A stretch of DNA of 64,000 nt, taken from a virus. The stretch is from the IMG/VR virus record IMGVR_UViG_3300027503_000002; one strand, written 5' to 3'. Under the pieces are notes generated by a model that did no database searches, was not told the DNA's origin, and saw only the letters and a list, made by a program, of their open reading frames with translations. How positions within the stretch are numbered: the first letter of the stretch is position 1; the number at the start of each line of letters is the position of its first letter. This document shows, piece after piece, positions 47,304-57,816 of this stretch. The translations under genes and the position numbers were made by a program.

Positions 47304-49607
47304 ATGAAAAAGCAAATGACTGTTAAGAAGAGAAGCGGCGAAATGGAAAAGTTTGACGCTGACAAAATCAATAGAGTTTTAGCTTGGGCCTGTCAGGGTA
47401 TTCCAGACACTTCCTTTGAGGAGGTTGGTATGAACGCCAACCTGTCTTTTTTTGACGGAATCTCGTCGAAGGATATTCACAATACAATGATCGAGACCGC
47501 AGCTAATTTGATTTCTGAGGAAAAGCCTCAGTATCAATATGTTGCGTCGCGCCTTTTAAATTACCATCTTCGCAAGGAAGTTTGGGGCGGCAAGAATGCT
47601 CCAAAGCTCATCGACTTTGTAAAAGACAATATTAAAAATAAAGTCTACGATCCAGAGATTTTAAATTGGTACGATGAGCGTGAGTGGCATAAGCTGGATG
47701 AGGCTCTGAAGCACGACCGCGATTTTAATTTCACATATGCTGGCATCAAGCAGCTTTGTGAAAAGTATCTTGTTCAGAACAGAACCACAAAGAAACTTTA
47801 TGAGACTCCGCAGTTCGCTTATATGCTGATTGCGATGACTTTGTTCAAGGATTACAAAGGCGAGCGAATTAATTATATTAAAAAGGCTTATAATTACTTC
47901 AGTCTTCACAAGATCAATCTGCCGACTCCAATTATGGCAGGCGTCAGAACCACTCTGAAGTCTTATGCTTCTTGCGCCCTGTTTACTGTAGACGATACTC
48001 TTGAGTCCATCTTCGCAAACAATAGCGCTATCGGTTTTGCGACTGGCAACCGTTATGGCATTGGCATCAATGCAAGTCGTATTCGTGCCGTAAACTCGCC
48101 CGTCAAGGGCGGAATGGTCAGCCACACTGGCCCCATTCCTTTCTTGAAGATGTTTGAGTCTACCGTAAAGTCCTGCCATCAGAACGGCATTCGCGGAGGC
48201 TCTGCAACAGTCAATGTTGCTTGGTTCCATCACGACATCGAAGAAATTCTCGTCCTCAAGAACAATGCTGGTACAGATGATAATCGCGTTCGTAAGCTCG
48301 ACTACTGCATTGGTTTTGATCGTGTTTTCTATGATCGCCTAATCAAGAATGAACCAGTTACGCTATTCTCTTATCACGAAGTTCCCGAGCTTTGGAACTA
48401 TTTCGGAATGCCAGAGTTCAAGGATATTTATGAGGCGGCAGAAAAGACGAAGAGTATTAAGTTTAAAAAGACAGTAAATGCTCGCGAGCTTTTCTATCTG
48501 TTCTCCAAAGAGAGAGTTGAGACTGGCCGTATTTATCTGATGAATGTTGACCACGCCAACACTCACGGCTCTTGGAAGGCACAGGTCGATACTAGCAACC
48601 TTTGCCTTGAGGTAAACCATCCTCTGAAGGCGATTAAGGATCTTAACGATCCAAACGGTGAAATTGGCGTGTGTATCCTGTCTGCCGTTAACCTCCTTGA
48701 GGTCGATAAGAACGAGATGGACTCTGTGTGCGAGATCATTGTCCGAATGCTCGACTCTTTGATTGATCACCAAAACTACTTTGTTCCCGCTGCCGCAAAC
48801 TTTGCCAAGAATCGCCGTAGTCTTGGTGTTGGCGTCACTAACCTTGCTGGTTACCTCGCTGATCTTGGCGTAAAGTATACCGACAAGGAAGCTGCTAACG
48901 AAGCCGCCAAGATTATGGAGCTTGTCAGTTTTAATCTGATTAAGGCTTCAGTAAAGATGGCAGAGGAGTTTGGCGCCTGCAAACTGTTCTCCGAAACTAA
49001 GTTCGCTGATGGAATCCTGCCAATCGATACTTACTGCAAGAATATTGATGAGTTCGTGACCGAGAAGCTGCATTGCGATTGGGAAGGTTTGCGTAAGGAC
49101 ATCAAGAAGCACGGGATGCGTCACAGCACTCTGACCGCGCTGATGCCTGTCGAAAGCAGTTCTGTAATCCAGTCGTCTACCAATGGTATCGAGCCCCCTC
49201 GTTCACTGATCTCATACAAGCGGTCAAAGGCTGGTGTTATTCCGGTTGTTGTTCCTCATATGAAGAAGAACAAGGACAAGTATACCCTTGCATTTGAAAT
49301 GCCCAACAACTCTGGTTACCTCAAGGTTGTTGCGGCTCTTCAGAAGTTCGTCGATATGAGCATCTCGACTAATCTTTACTACAATACCACTCGCTACACT
49401 AATAAAATTCCAAGTCAAGGCGAACTCGTTGGCGATTTAATGCTCGCCTACAAGTATGGAATTAAAAATCTTTATTATACAAACAGCTTTGATGGCGACA
49501 CTCAGACTGCATTAAATACAGTTAAACAAGAACCAAAACAAGTAAGCCAACCAGAAGAAGCTCAAGACGATACTCAGGGCTGCGCTGGCGGAGCTTGCAC
49601 TCTATAA
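47304..49607 (+). CDS. nrdA: Class Ia ribonucleotide reductase, alpha subunit with ATP cone
   Basis: VKKRSG ATP cone, PTPIM, ASC, SNLCLE, NLYY, and C-terminal GCAGGAC. Confidence 0.95.
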   Translation: MKKQMTVKKRSGEMEKFDADKINRVLAWACQGIPDTSFEEVGMNANLSFFDGISSKDIHNTMIETAANLISEEKPQYQYVASRLLNYHLRKEVWGGKNAPKLIDFVKDNIKNKVYDPEILNWYDEREWHKLDEALKHDRDFNFTYAGIKQLCEKYLVQNRTTKKLYETPQFAYMLIAMTLFKDYKGERINYIKKAYNYFSLHKINLPTPIMAGVRTTLKSYASCALFTVDDTLESIFANNSAIGFATGNRYGIGINASRIRAVNSPVKGGMVSHTGPIPFLKMFESTVKSCHQNGIRGGSATVNVAWFHHDIEEILVLKNNAGTDDNRVRKLDYCIGFDRVFYDRLIKNEPVTLFSYHEVPELWNYFGMPEFKDIYEAAEKTKSIKFKKTVNARELFYLFSKERVETGRIYLMNVDHANTHGSWKAQVDTSNLCLEVNHPLKAIKDLNDPNGEIGVCILSAVNLLEVDKNEMDSVCEIIVRMLDSLIDHQNYFVPAAANFAKNRRSLGVGVTNLAGYLADLGVKYTDKEAANEAAKIMELVSFNLIKASVKMAEEFGACKLFSETKFADGILPIDTYCKNIDEFVTEKLHCDWEGLRKDIKKHGMRHSTLTALMPVESSSVIQSSTNGIEPPRSLISYKRSKAGVIPVVVPHMKKNKDKYTLAFEMPNNSGYLKVVAALQKFVDMSISTNLYYNTTRYTNKIPSQGELVGDLMLAYKYGIKNLYYTNSFDGDTQTALNTVKQEPKQVSQPEEAQDDTQGCAGGACTL

Positions 49608-49611
49608 AAAT

Positions 49612-50667
49612 ATGAAAACCGTACTTAACACAGTTAATCTCGATTCACTTAAACAGCCTCTATTTCTTGGCGAAGACTTGGCAATTCAGCGGTATGATCG
49701 ACTGAAGTATCCCAAGTTTTACGAACTATACGACCAGCAGATTAACTTCTTCTGGCGTCCACAGGAAGTAAATCTAACTAAGGATGCGGCAGATTACAAG
49801 ACGCTCTCTCCCGAAGAGAAGTTTGTCTTCGATAGCAATCTGCGCTTTCAGACAATGACTGACTCTATGCTGAGTCGCAGCATCAACTCTCTCTCTAAGT
49901 ACGTAAGTAACCCAGAGCTTGAGATTTGTATGAATGTCTGGTCATTCTTTGAGACTGTTCATAGCAACAGCTATACATACATCCTGCAAAACGTTCACCC
50001 AGATGCCACCAAGTTCTTTGATTCTATCTTAGAGGACAAGGAGATCGTTAAACGCGCACAGGCGATCTCTAATCGCTATGACGCCCTGCTGAATACCAAG
50101 AGCGACGATCCTCGTCAGCAGATCTTTGAGGCTCTGCTGGCTACCCAAATCACAGAAGGTGTCACCTTCTATGTTTCATTTGCCTGCTCATTCTACTTTG
50201 GTTATCGCGGTAAGATGGAAGGTAACGCCAAGATCATCAATCTTATCTCCCGAGACGAGAATCTGCACGTAGCCATTAGCCACAATATCTTGAAGATTCT
50301 GCGCGATCAACCCAAGGAAGGCTTTCAAGATATTGTCAAGAAGAATGAAGATCGTATCTACGAGGCTTACAAGATGGCAGTTGAGTCAGAAAAGGATTGG
50401 GCCGACTATCTATTCTCCAAGGGCAACCTTGTGGGCCTTACCTCTGATTCGCTCAAGCACTATGTTGAGTGGCTGGCGGACAATAGACTGACATCGATGG
50501 GTTATAAAAGAATTTATAATACCAAGTCTAATCCACTTGCTGGCTGGCTTGACAGCTTCTATGACAGTAAGAAGATTCAGGTTGCCCCACAGGAGACCGA
50601 GATCTCTTCTTACGTCAAGGGAGTAGACAGCAAGATCGATGAGTCAGTGTTTGATATCAAGTTCTAA
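49612..50667 (+). CDS. nrdB: Class Ia ribonucleotide reductase, beta subunit
   Basis: FFWRPQE, ETVHSNSY, EGVTFYVSF, RDENLH, QVAPQETEISSY. Confidence 0.95.
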   Translation: MKTVLNTVNLDSLKQPLFLGEDLAIQRYDRLKYPKFYELYDQQINFFWRPQEVNLTKDAADYKTLSPEEKFVFDSNLRFQTMTDSMLSRSINSLSKYVSNPELEICMNVWSFFETVHSNSYTYILQNVHPDATKFFDSILEDKEIVKRAQAISNRYDALLNTKSDDPRQQIFEALLATQITEGVTFYVSFACSFYFGYRGKMEGNAKIINLISRDENLHVAISHNILKILRDQPKEGFQDIVKKNEDRIYEAYKMAVESEKDWADYLFSKGNLVGLTSDSLKHYVEWLADNRLTSMGYKRIYNTKSNPLAGWLDSFYDSKKIQVAPQETEISSYVKGVDSKIDESVFDIKF

Positions 50668-53600
50668 TTACTCAACATAGAGGCTACTACCTCTTGGGTC
50701 GTACCATTCACTATCCGCCCTGATGATGTCACCTCTCTCACCGGGGCGGATAACTGAAATTTCTTGTCCGTCTGAGTTTGTAACATAAATATCCTTATCT
50801 CCTCTATTAAGAATGGAGACAGAAGCTCCTTCCGTGATATCGGCAGGAAGGACAAATGTAGAGTCTGTTGCAGGATCTACAACAAGAACTTGGTTTAGTT
50901 GATTTTCTACGATAGGAACTGGGACTTCAACTCTTTTTACTAAACCGCCAGTGCCAGTAACAAGTACGCCATTATAATCAAATTCTACGCCTACTGCTGG
51001 ATTTGTAGTTACGCCAATCGCAGTCCAGTTTATATTTCCAACTGTAAGAATTTGATATCTAAATCCTCTAATTAATGAGGAAGATGTTGGCGCAAATTCA
51101 ACTGTTTCGTTTCTTCCTCCATTTACAGAAACTGTTTGTATTGGCCCAGAAACCCTCTCTATAGGCAAGGATTCAAGATATCCACTGACTACATCAGAGA
51201 TTTCTCCCGCCCCGAAGTCATCCCAAGGTACAAATTTAAAATAGTACCAAACTCCTGTTTGTAATCCATTTGAAAGCCTTATTTCATTGAGATAAGATCT
51301 TGTTCTATAAAGACTTGGATGCTTGTACAGATTGCTATTACCAAGAATATCTGGCTGAAAATCAGAAGTGTCGCCAGTATAAACATCAACTGACCAAACG
51401 TCTTTATTTGAAATTGACGAGTAGCAATTAAAAATAATTTCACCCTTTGAAATTTCTTCAGTCAGAACCGTAAAGCTTATGCCTGAAAATCCTGTTTGAT
51501 TTGTCCCAGTTATTTCTGACAGATTTGAAAGACCTAGTGGATTACCAAGTGTTCTTGGAATTTCGCGCCCTTCTCCAGATCCATATTCGACATAGTGTCC
51601 AGATCCCCAAACTTCTCTTGGGATCGATCTGTCTACATTTGCATTATAATATTTATCTAGGTCATCGTAGGCATAGACATAAGCCTTGAAGTCTTTTTCT
51701 CCAGAACCTTGATAATTAATATTAATACCGTTATATGTCGGAACGGAGGTTGTACCTGTACCATTTAAGCCAGTTGCACTTTTGAATGCCCCAGAAATAT
51801 CTTGGAATAAAATCTCACGCTCTTCATCCTCGCTTCTTAGAAGCGCATTTGTTGCATAGTTTCTAAGACCAGATCCAAGAATACCTTGGGCGCCGCTTCC
51901 CCAGAAAGCTAACCCAGTGAAATTTTTGTTGCCAAAGAATCCAGACAGGATATAATACGGAGAATTCTGATAGGAATCAATAACATCTATTCTTGAATAG
52001 TGCGGCTTTACATTGTAAGCATAAAAGTTTCCTGTTTTTGAAAGATTGGTATTGTCAGTTACAACGACTCTCAGTCCCAGATTCCTATCTCCATAGATAT
52101 TTTGATAATCAGTTGTTTCTCTGCTTGTCAGTCTCTTATTCTCTTCTTGTGTAATTGTGTAAGAAAATCTATCATATGCTTTGATTGGAGCAGTTAAAGC
52201 CTGACCGGCCTCATCAAGGACTTGAACTGAGATATTTGGCGGCAAATCGACAAACGGATTTGCTAGCATTTTTTCGACTGAATCTATAATCCCGCCTGTT
52301 GGATCTATGTATTTCCATCTAAAAGTTAAGTCTTTAGATGTGAAATTGCCTTTCCCCAAGCCAGCCATAACGCCGCCACCAACGTGATAAATAGAATAAT
52401 CCAAGCTGCTTGTATCTGCCGTATCAATTGTAAAACCGCTTGGAATAGTCGAGGTTATTGTATAACCGCCAGCACCAGTAATGGTCGCTTGAGGCAGAAC
52501 CATTACTCCGGTCGAAGCCGCGCCGTTTGACAAAAATTTATAAATGGATGAACTTATTGAATATACGTCAACGTCAAATTGGCCCCAAGTTTCACGGATC
52601 GGGATTGTCAATGAGGTTGTGCCAGATGGGGCAAAATAAGGTTCAACTATGGCATCATTTTCTATGGAAGTAGTTGAATAGTCTGGTCTGCTAACATATA
52701 TTTTATAACCACTTATTGGGCTGGCGCTAGCCTGCCAAGATATATTTAAACCTGTTGGCACTGAGCCACTTAGAGTAACGCCGGTTGAAGTTATTCTTGC
52801 TGGCGCTTCTGGCTTAATGACGATATCGTATGGAGACTGCACATAAACAGAAGGAGATGTGTCAAGAATATCCCTTTCGACAAAATCCTGTTTTTCTTTT
52901 AAATACTCAATTCCAACTACTGAATATAGATTAGCCTCTTCTTCTTTTACTCCGATAGTTTTGTATAGCTTGGGCTCAACACCAGAGCCGCTTAAAACAT
53001 ACAGACTTCCTTCCTGAACGCTAGTAAGATTTTTAGGCAAGGTGTCCACATCAAGATCATAAAATCCTCTTGGATATCCAGTTCCGATCACTAAGCCGCT
53101 GTACCCAAGTCCGTTGCTTTCTGCAAGGTTTGCGATGTCAGACTGACCTAATGTTCCACCTCCGACATAAACATCGATATCAAGGGCAGCAAACGCAGAA
53201 GAAATGTGAGATGAAGTTAGGGTGGTATTTAAATAAACTTTAGAAGATCCATAAAAATCTTTAGGAAAGCCAATGGTGGAATATCCTAAATTATTGCCAA
53301 TTGCCCATTTCGATCTTGCTGTGCTGCCAGCGTCATAATCGCTAGTAAACAATTGGGAAGATCTTTCGTGAGATCTTGTGCAGACATATGGAACGGATAC
53401 GCCTGCGTTTGTCACCTTTACTTTATTGCCGACCGAGTATGCTCTGCCCGCCTCCCATTCGGGAAACACAGACTCTTGCCTATTTCCTACGTCAGCCTGA
53501 ACAATAGTATAAAACGGACGGAGTCTTGAAAATGCCAACAAATCTCTGTAAGTAAATTTTATCTTACCAGTTTCAGAATTACCCTTCGAAGCTCTCTCAA

Positions 53601-56331
53601 GAATTCTGTATCCATTTTTAACAAATACTCCAGCGTAACCAAAGGTAGATGAGCTAGATGCAATATCGTCGCCTATTCTAAATACTTCTGTCGCAGCTGC
53701 GCCGGTAGCCCAAGTAACGCTTGGACTAAAAGTATTGCTTAATTGATTACCTCTGGTATAAACCAGAACAACTTCATCGGCATCTGCGGCGGTATAGACA
53801 GAATTTGTCCAAAAATCATTTAAGTCACTAATAGCCCCAGATGCTTCAACTGCACCCGCTGCGGAAATTCTGAACATTCTGATTTCATTGGAGCTTGAGG
53901 TGCCAGTTACGACTCCGTTGATTGACAAAGTACTGCTAGTCGAAGCATTAAAATTAATTTCACCAGTCCAGTTTGGAACAGCAGCTAGCCCAGAAACTAA
54001 CTGACCAGTGCCACCAGATCCAGAAATTGTAATGTCTATATTGTTTTGAGAGAATACCCCTGTCACATCTGCATAAGTCACAGTATCCCATTTTGGATTG
54101 CCGTTTAATACAGTATGATCTGGCAATGCGTAAACAACACCAGTGAGAACGGTCTCTCCAGTAATTACCCCACCGCCAGAAATTCTACCCTCTATTGGAT
54201 AAACTTCAGTTTTTGCCGACTTTAAGAGAAAATCTCCCGTGACAGTGATTGTCGCGCCATAAGAATCATCTTGAACAGTATGGATGTTAAACTTTCTTAT
54301 TTGCTTCTGCCTTCTAGCGCGGATTTGCTCAAGCGTTCCAGTAAATCCGCCATCACTGCCAGTCATATAGTTTAAATCAGAAACCGCATAGTTGCCTGAT
54401 GGAACGTGAATATAAATACCTGATGCCAGCCCAGTTTGAAATTCGCCATCAATTTTAATTGTATTCGCTGAAGCATCGACATCTAGGATTCTGCCGAATG
54501 TTCTGCCAACATTTCTAACTTCATCGCTGACTGCAAAGATGTCACCAGGCTGTAAGTAAACAGCCTCCAACCCACCGATAAAAGAAACAGTATCGGCCTC
54601 AAACATTGAACTGCAAAGAATATAGCGGCCAATTCTTCTTGCTTCAGATCTTGAAGTGCAGCCTGCCGCATTTACTTTAAACGGGTTAATTCCATACTTT
54701 CTAATTCCTTCGATATCTTCAACCAACTCCATTTTAGTTTTGAAGTTATCATATTTATCATTATATACAATCTCTACACTGGTGTATCTTTTATTTCTGA
54801 CAGTTTCTGTATAATTAAACAGGCCATCTTTTACATTGGCATTGCCAAAATAAAGCACTGGCTCTTTGGGACGGTCAGCAAAGAAAGAGAATCCTTCAGT
54901 ATTCCAATAGACGATTCCCTTGAAAATTGCCGCAATATCCTGAATAACTTTGTAAGCTTCGTCCTTATTAAAAAAGATTATATTACAAGTGTATCTTGGT
55001 TCTAGACCACCCTTGCCATCTGGGACACCTCTGAATTTACCATCATCATCAACAGCGTCGCAGTATCTTGCAATGTCGTACAGCGTCCACTTGTCTACCG
55101 AGCTTGAATCGATGAAGTTGCCTAAGCCGTAATTAGGATCAGTAATAATATCATACAGCACCCAAGCAGGATTATCAGTCCACGCGATTTTAAAAGTGCC
55201 ATCCCAGTCTCCATAATAGACCTTATTGCTGTCGTAAAAGTTGTTATCACAGAACTGTTGCAGCTTACTATCAGAGTCGTGCTGCATATTAAAAGCGCCA
55301 CCACCACTATCATTACCAAGCTCTCTAAGTGTTCTTGTTCCAGAAAATTGTGCATCTACATAAAAATAATATAGCTGTATGCAATTTTCTCTAGCGTGAT
55401 TAAGCAAGATTTGGTAAGTGGAAGGCGACATTATTTCAGGAGTAGAACCTGAGAAATAAATCACTTTTCTAACTGTATTGGACCAAACAGACTCTAATAC
55501 AGAGTCTTCTGAGCTTTTACCAACTTGATCAGTGATACTGAACTGGCTTTTTCTTAAAAAGAAATTGGCAATCGTTGTTTCTGCTGGGTCTGTGATTGGG
55601 CTATTTTGTAAATTGTCTGCCAGCGCATCGAACAGTCGCTTGTAAAGATTAGTTTGATTATTGCCAGCCGAATCTGGAACCTCTAATTCAAAAAACAAAT
55701 CAGTCTGATAATATGTAAAGCCGTTGATAACATCGCCGGTTGACTCATTAATTACAGTGTTAACGCCATTTTTCGTTTGCCAGATAGAAGCCCTTACGTT
55801 AGTGTAGCCAGAAATTAATTTGCTTAAAAACTGCGCTAAATTTCTTCTGAGTAAGCTTCTTGTCCCAGCGCCCATATTCTGGTCAACCATAAAGATGACA
55901 TCAAGAGTAGTTGGGTTCGCAGGGTAATTTGGATTTGAATAGACATATCTGCGGTCTAATCCATTACCACCAAGAGGAAAGTAGTTAGAAGGCACTTTAA
56001 CCTTCTTCATTTTCACATCGTACTCTCTATTTGGAATGCTAGAGAATGTTCTTGAATCAAACTTTAGACCAACGTGCGCTGTAAGTGGGTAAGAAAAATT
56101 GCGATCAATTACTTCGTAAATTCCATCGACACTGATATCCTTTTTGACCAGAGGACTTACTGTTTCAGAACTTATTTTTTCAATTGTTACATACCTGTCT
56201 TTCCCGTCAATGGATGGCGGCAAAATTATCTCAGCCTTGTTATTTGCCATTTCTGACAGATAAACAAGATTATTTTCAAGCGTGCCATTTAGCGATTGGC
56301 CATCATCTCCATTAGTGCCTTGATCGTCCAT
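50668..56331 (-). CDS. Tail tip / host-specificity protein J-like, main part, with VWA-like insert
   Basis: YPLTAHVGLKFDS..F..IP.R.Y, VKVPSNY, WDGTFK.AWTDNPAWVLYD, YGLG, EPRYTCN, GCTSRSEARRIGR, LQPGDIF. Confidence 0.88.
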   Translation of the reverse strand: MDDQGTNGDDGQSLNGTLENNLVYLSEMANNKAEIILPPSIDGKDRYVTIEKISSETVSPLVKKDISVDGIYEVIDRNFSYPLTAHVGLKFDSRTFSSIPNREYDVKMKKVKVPSNYFPLGGNGLDRRYVYSNPNYPANPTTLDVIFMVDQNMGAGTRSLLRRNLAQFLSKLISGYTNVRASIWQTKNGVNTVINESTGDVINGFTYYQTDLFFELEVPDSAGNNQTNLYKRLFDALADNLQNSPITDPAETTIANFFLRKSQFSITDQVGKSSEDSVLESVWSNTVRKVIYFSGSTPEIMSPSTYQILLNHARENCIQLYYFYVDAQFSGTRTLRELGNDSGGGAFNMQHDSDSKLQQFCDNNFYDSNKVYYGDWDGTFKIAWTDNPAWVLYDIITDPNYGLGNFIDSSSVDKWTLYDIARYCDAVDDDGKFRGVPDGKGGLEPRYTCNIIFFNKDEAYKVIQDIAAIFKGIVYWNTEGFSFFADRPKEPVLYFGNANVKDGLFNYTETVRNKRYTSVEIVYNDKYDNFKTKMELVEDIEGIRKYGINPFKVNAAGCTSRSEARRIGRYILCSSMFEADTVSFIGGLEAVYLQPGDIFAVSDEVRNVGRTFGRILDVDASANTIKIDGEFQTGLASGIYIHVPSGNYAVSDLNYMTGSDGGFTGTLEQIRARRQKQIRKFNIHTVQDDSYGATITVTGDFLLKSAKTEVYPIEGRISGGGVITGETVLTGVVYALPDHTVLNGNPKWDTVTYADVTGVFSQNNIDITISGSGGTGQLVSGLAAVPNWTGEINFNASTSSTLSINGVVTGTSSSNEIRMFRISAAGAVEASGAISDLNDFWTNSVYTAADADEVVLVYTRGNQLSNTFSPSVTWATGAAATEVFRIGDDIASSSSTFGYAGVFVKNGYRILERASKGNSETGKIKFTYRDLLAFSRLRPFYTIVQADVGNRQESVFPEWEAGRAYSVGNKVKVTNAGVSVPYVCTRSHERSSQLFTSDYDAGSTARSKWAIGNNLGYSTIGFPKDFYGSSKVYLNTTLTSSHISSAFAALDIDVYVGGGTLGQSDIANLAESNGLGYSGLVIGTGYPRGFYDLDVDTLPKNLTSVQEGSLYVLSGSGVEPKLYKTIGVKEEEANLYSVVGIEYLKEKQDFVERDILDTSPSVYVQSPYDIVIKPEAPARITSTGVTLSGSVPTGLNISWQASASPISGYKIYVSRPDYSTTSIENDAIVEPYFAPSGTTSLTIPIRETWGQFDVDVYSISSSIYKFLSNGAASTGVMVLPQATITGAGGYTITSTIPSGFTIDTADTSSLDYSIYHVGGGVMAGLGKGNFTSKDLTFRWKYIDPTGGIIDSVEKMLANPFVDLPPNISVQVLDEAGQALTAPIKAYDRFSYTITQEENKRLTSRETTDYQNIYGDRNLGLRVVVTDNTNLSKTGNFYAYNVKPHYSRIDVIDSYQNSPYYILSGFFGNKNFTGLAFWGSGAQGILGSGLRNYATNALLRSEDEEREILFQDISGAFKSATGLNGTGTTSVPTYNGININYQGSGEKDFKAYVYAYDDLDKYYNANVDRSIPREVWGSGHYVEYGSGEGREIPRTLGNPLGLSNLSEITGTNQTGFSGISFTVLTEEISKGEIIFNCYSSISNKDVWSVDVYTGDTSDFQPDILGNSNLYKHPSLYRTRSYLNEIRLSNGLQTGVWYYFKFVPWDDFGAGEISDVVSGYLESLPIERVSGPIQTVSVNGGRNETVEFAPTSSSLIRGFRYQILTVGNINWTAIGVTTNPAVGVEFDYNGVLVTGTGGLVKRVEVPVPIVENQLNQVLVVDPATDSTFVLPADITEGASVSILNRGDKDIYVTNSDGQEISVIRPGERGDIIRADSEWYDPRGSSLYVE

Positions 56332-56347
56332 TTTATTATATTAAAAT

Positions 56348-56899
56348 TTAAGCTGTAATTGTAAAGCTTCTTCTATTATCGGTAGTTCCAGAAGCTGTTA
56401 GTCTAACAGGAGGATTATTTGGAGAATGAGCGTCTATGTGAACGTAATGGATTCCCAATCCAAGTTTTTGAGTTATTTCTGCTGGTATAACAAAGCTAAA
56501 TACTCCGCTACTATTTATTTCTGTAGCTTTACATTCTACTTGATAAGCTGGCAAGCTATCGGGCGGGCCACTGCGACCGATATCAATTTGAGCAGTAACT
56601 TTGATAGCTGGCTTCAACTCTAAAAGAGTCGCGCCATTCATTAATTTATATGTTGCAGTTCCTGATAATGTTATTGTCGATCCCCTAGAGAAGCTAGAGC
56701 CTGATAGAGTATCAAAAACAGCAGAAGCTGAATTTTCTCCCACAGCCAAAGATGCGTAAACTATTCTATCAAAAGCGGTTGGAACATATTCGTCATCTTG
56801 TCTTCTTTTTAATTGGTATATGATAGGAAGAATATTTGAGTAATTTCTTGGGTTTAGTTTTGAAGCTAAATCTTCTTCTCTTGTTTTTGGTAGTGGCAT
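56348..56899 (-). CDS. Hypothetical beta-sandwich protein inserted between the J fragments
   Basis: TAATG-coupled to the upstream gene; FSRGSTITLSGTA...GVFSFVIP...GIHYVHIDA. Confidence 0.6.
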   Translation of the reverse strand: MPLPKTREEDLASKLNPRNYSNILPIIYQLKRRQDDEYVPTAFDRIVYASLAVGENSASAVFDTLSGSSFSRGSTITLSGTATYKLMNGATLLELKPAIKVTAQIDIGRSGPPDSLPAYQVECKATEINSSGVFSFVIPAEITQKLGLGIHYVHIDAHSPNNPPVRLTASGTTDNRRSFTITA

Positions 56900-57816
56900 T
56901 ATAGAGGCTCCTGATAGACCATTCTCCTGAGAGCTTCCTCACTGGAGACAGCGTTGAGAATTCTAGAATCTTTAGATGTGTTAATGCTAGGTATGCCAGC
57001 AGTATTAAATACTGAGCCTCCAAAAGTGCTTGGGTTGGCGTAAGGACCAGCAGCGCCATCAAGAGTGGACGCTTCTTCTCCCACCATATAAGCGCACGGG
57101 CTAAGAACTAAGCCATCAATAACGACTCTTTTGGGCGTAAATACCTTTGATCCTTCTAGCCCATATCTTACCATAAGCTCTACTGAGCTTCTCTTATTCA
57201 TTCCCATCTTACCAGCTTCTCCTGGTGCTTTGCCCTCAGAGACCGTGTCTGACAACTGTTCAATTATAAAAGCAATTTGTATTTTTTTGACATCCTTGTT
57301 TCTGATATGATGAACATAAATAAATGGATCTTGCGGTAAGTCAGGCCAGCCATTCTGACCCTTTGCCCAGCTGGTAAAATTTTCTTTTGGTAACTCTGGT
57401 CCGGTATAGTTTCTGCCGACAGGTCTAACATCTTCTTCATTTGGGTTTATTTTACCAAGTAATTTAAAATTAGCGGGCTTATAAATATAGACCTTATTAA
57501 AATTAGCTAAAGGCTTTTGATTTTCTGTGCCAAGATTGATTTCCATCAAAATGTTTCTGAAATTATATTCTCCAGCGGAGTTCATAGCGGGAAGCTTATT
57601 TAAATAAATACCTTTCAGCATATCTAAGCCATAAACTTTTCTACCAAATTGATCCACAAGTCCATAAATCGGACCTTCGCAAAGAGCGTCTACGCTATGA
57701 GAAATAGACATAGACTTCATTAAGTTTTGGTTACGATCAGGTGGAACCAGTCTTGGCACTGGTGCCTTGTCTCCTTTGGCGCCCTTAATGAACCTATATT
57801 TATTTAATATTTTCAT
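56899..57816 (-). CDS. Tail tip protein J-like, N-terminal part
   Basis: IKGAKG, VDALCEGPIYGL, IYLNK.P, GTENQ.PL are J N-terminal motifs. Confidence 0.8.
   Translation of the reverse strand: MKILNKYRFIKGAKGDKAPVPRLVPPDRNQNLMKSMSISHSVDALCEGPIYGLVDQFGRKVYGLDMLKGIYLNKLPAMNSAGEYNFRNILMEINLGTENQKPLANFNKVYIYKPANFKLLGKINPNEEDVRPVGRNYTGPELPKENFTSWAKGQNGWPDLPQDPFIYVHHIRNKDVKKIQIAFIIEQLSDTVSEGKAPGEAGKMGMNKRSSVELMVRYGLEGSKVFTPKRVVIDGLVLSPCAYMVGEEASTLDGAAGPYANPSTFGGSVFNTAGIPSINTSKDSRILNAVSSEEALRRMVYQEPL

Noticed and set aside
47661-48773. Long antisense ORFs (190 and 136 aa) within nrdA, and similar shadow ORFs elsewhere
   Set aside because: They lie opposite well-supported genes, have no recognisable motifs, and are explained by codon bias.
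47304-50667. Introns, inteins or homing endonucleases in nrdAB
   Set aside because: Both ORFs are continuous and of normal length.
50655-50680. Bidirectional terminator between convergent nrdB and J
   Set aside because: The stop codons abut with no gap and no GC-rich hairpin is evident.
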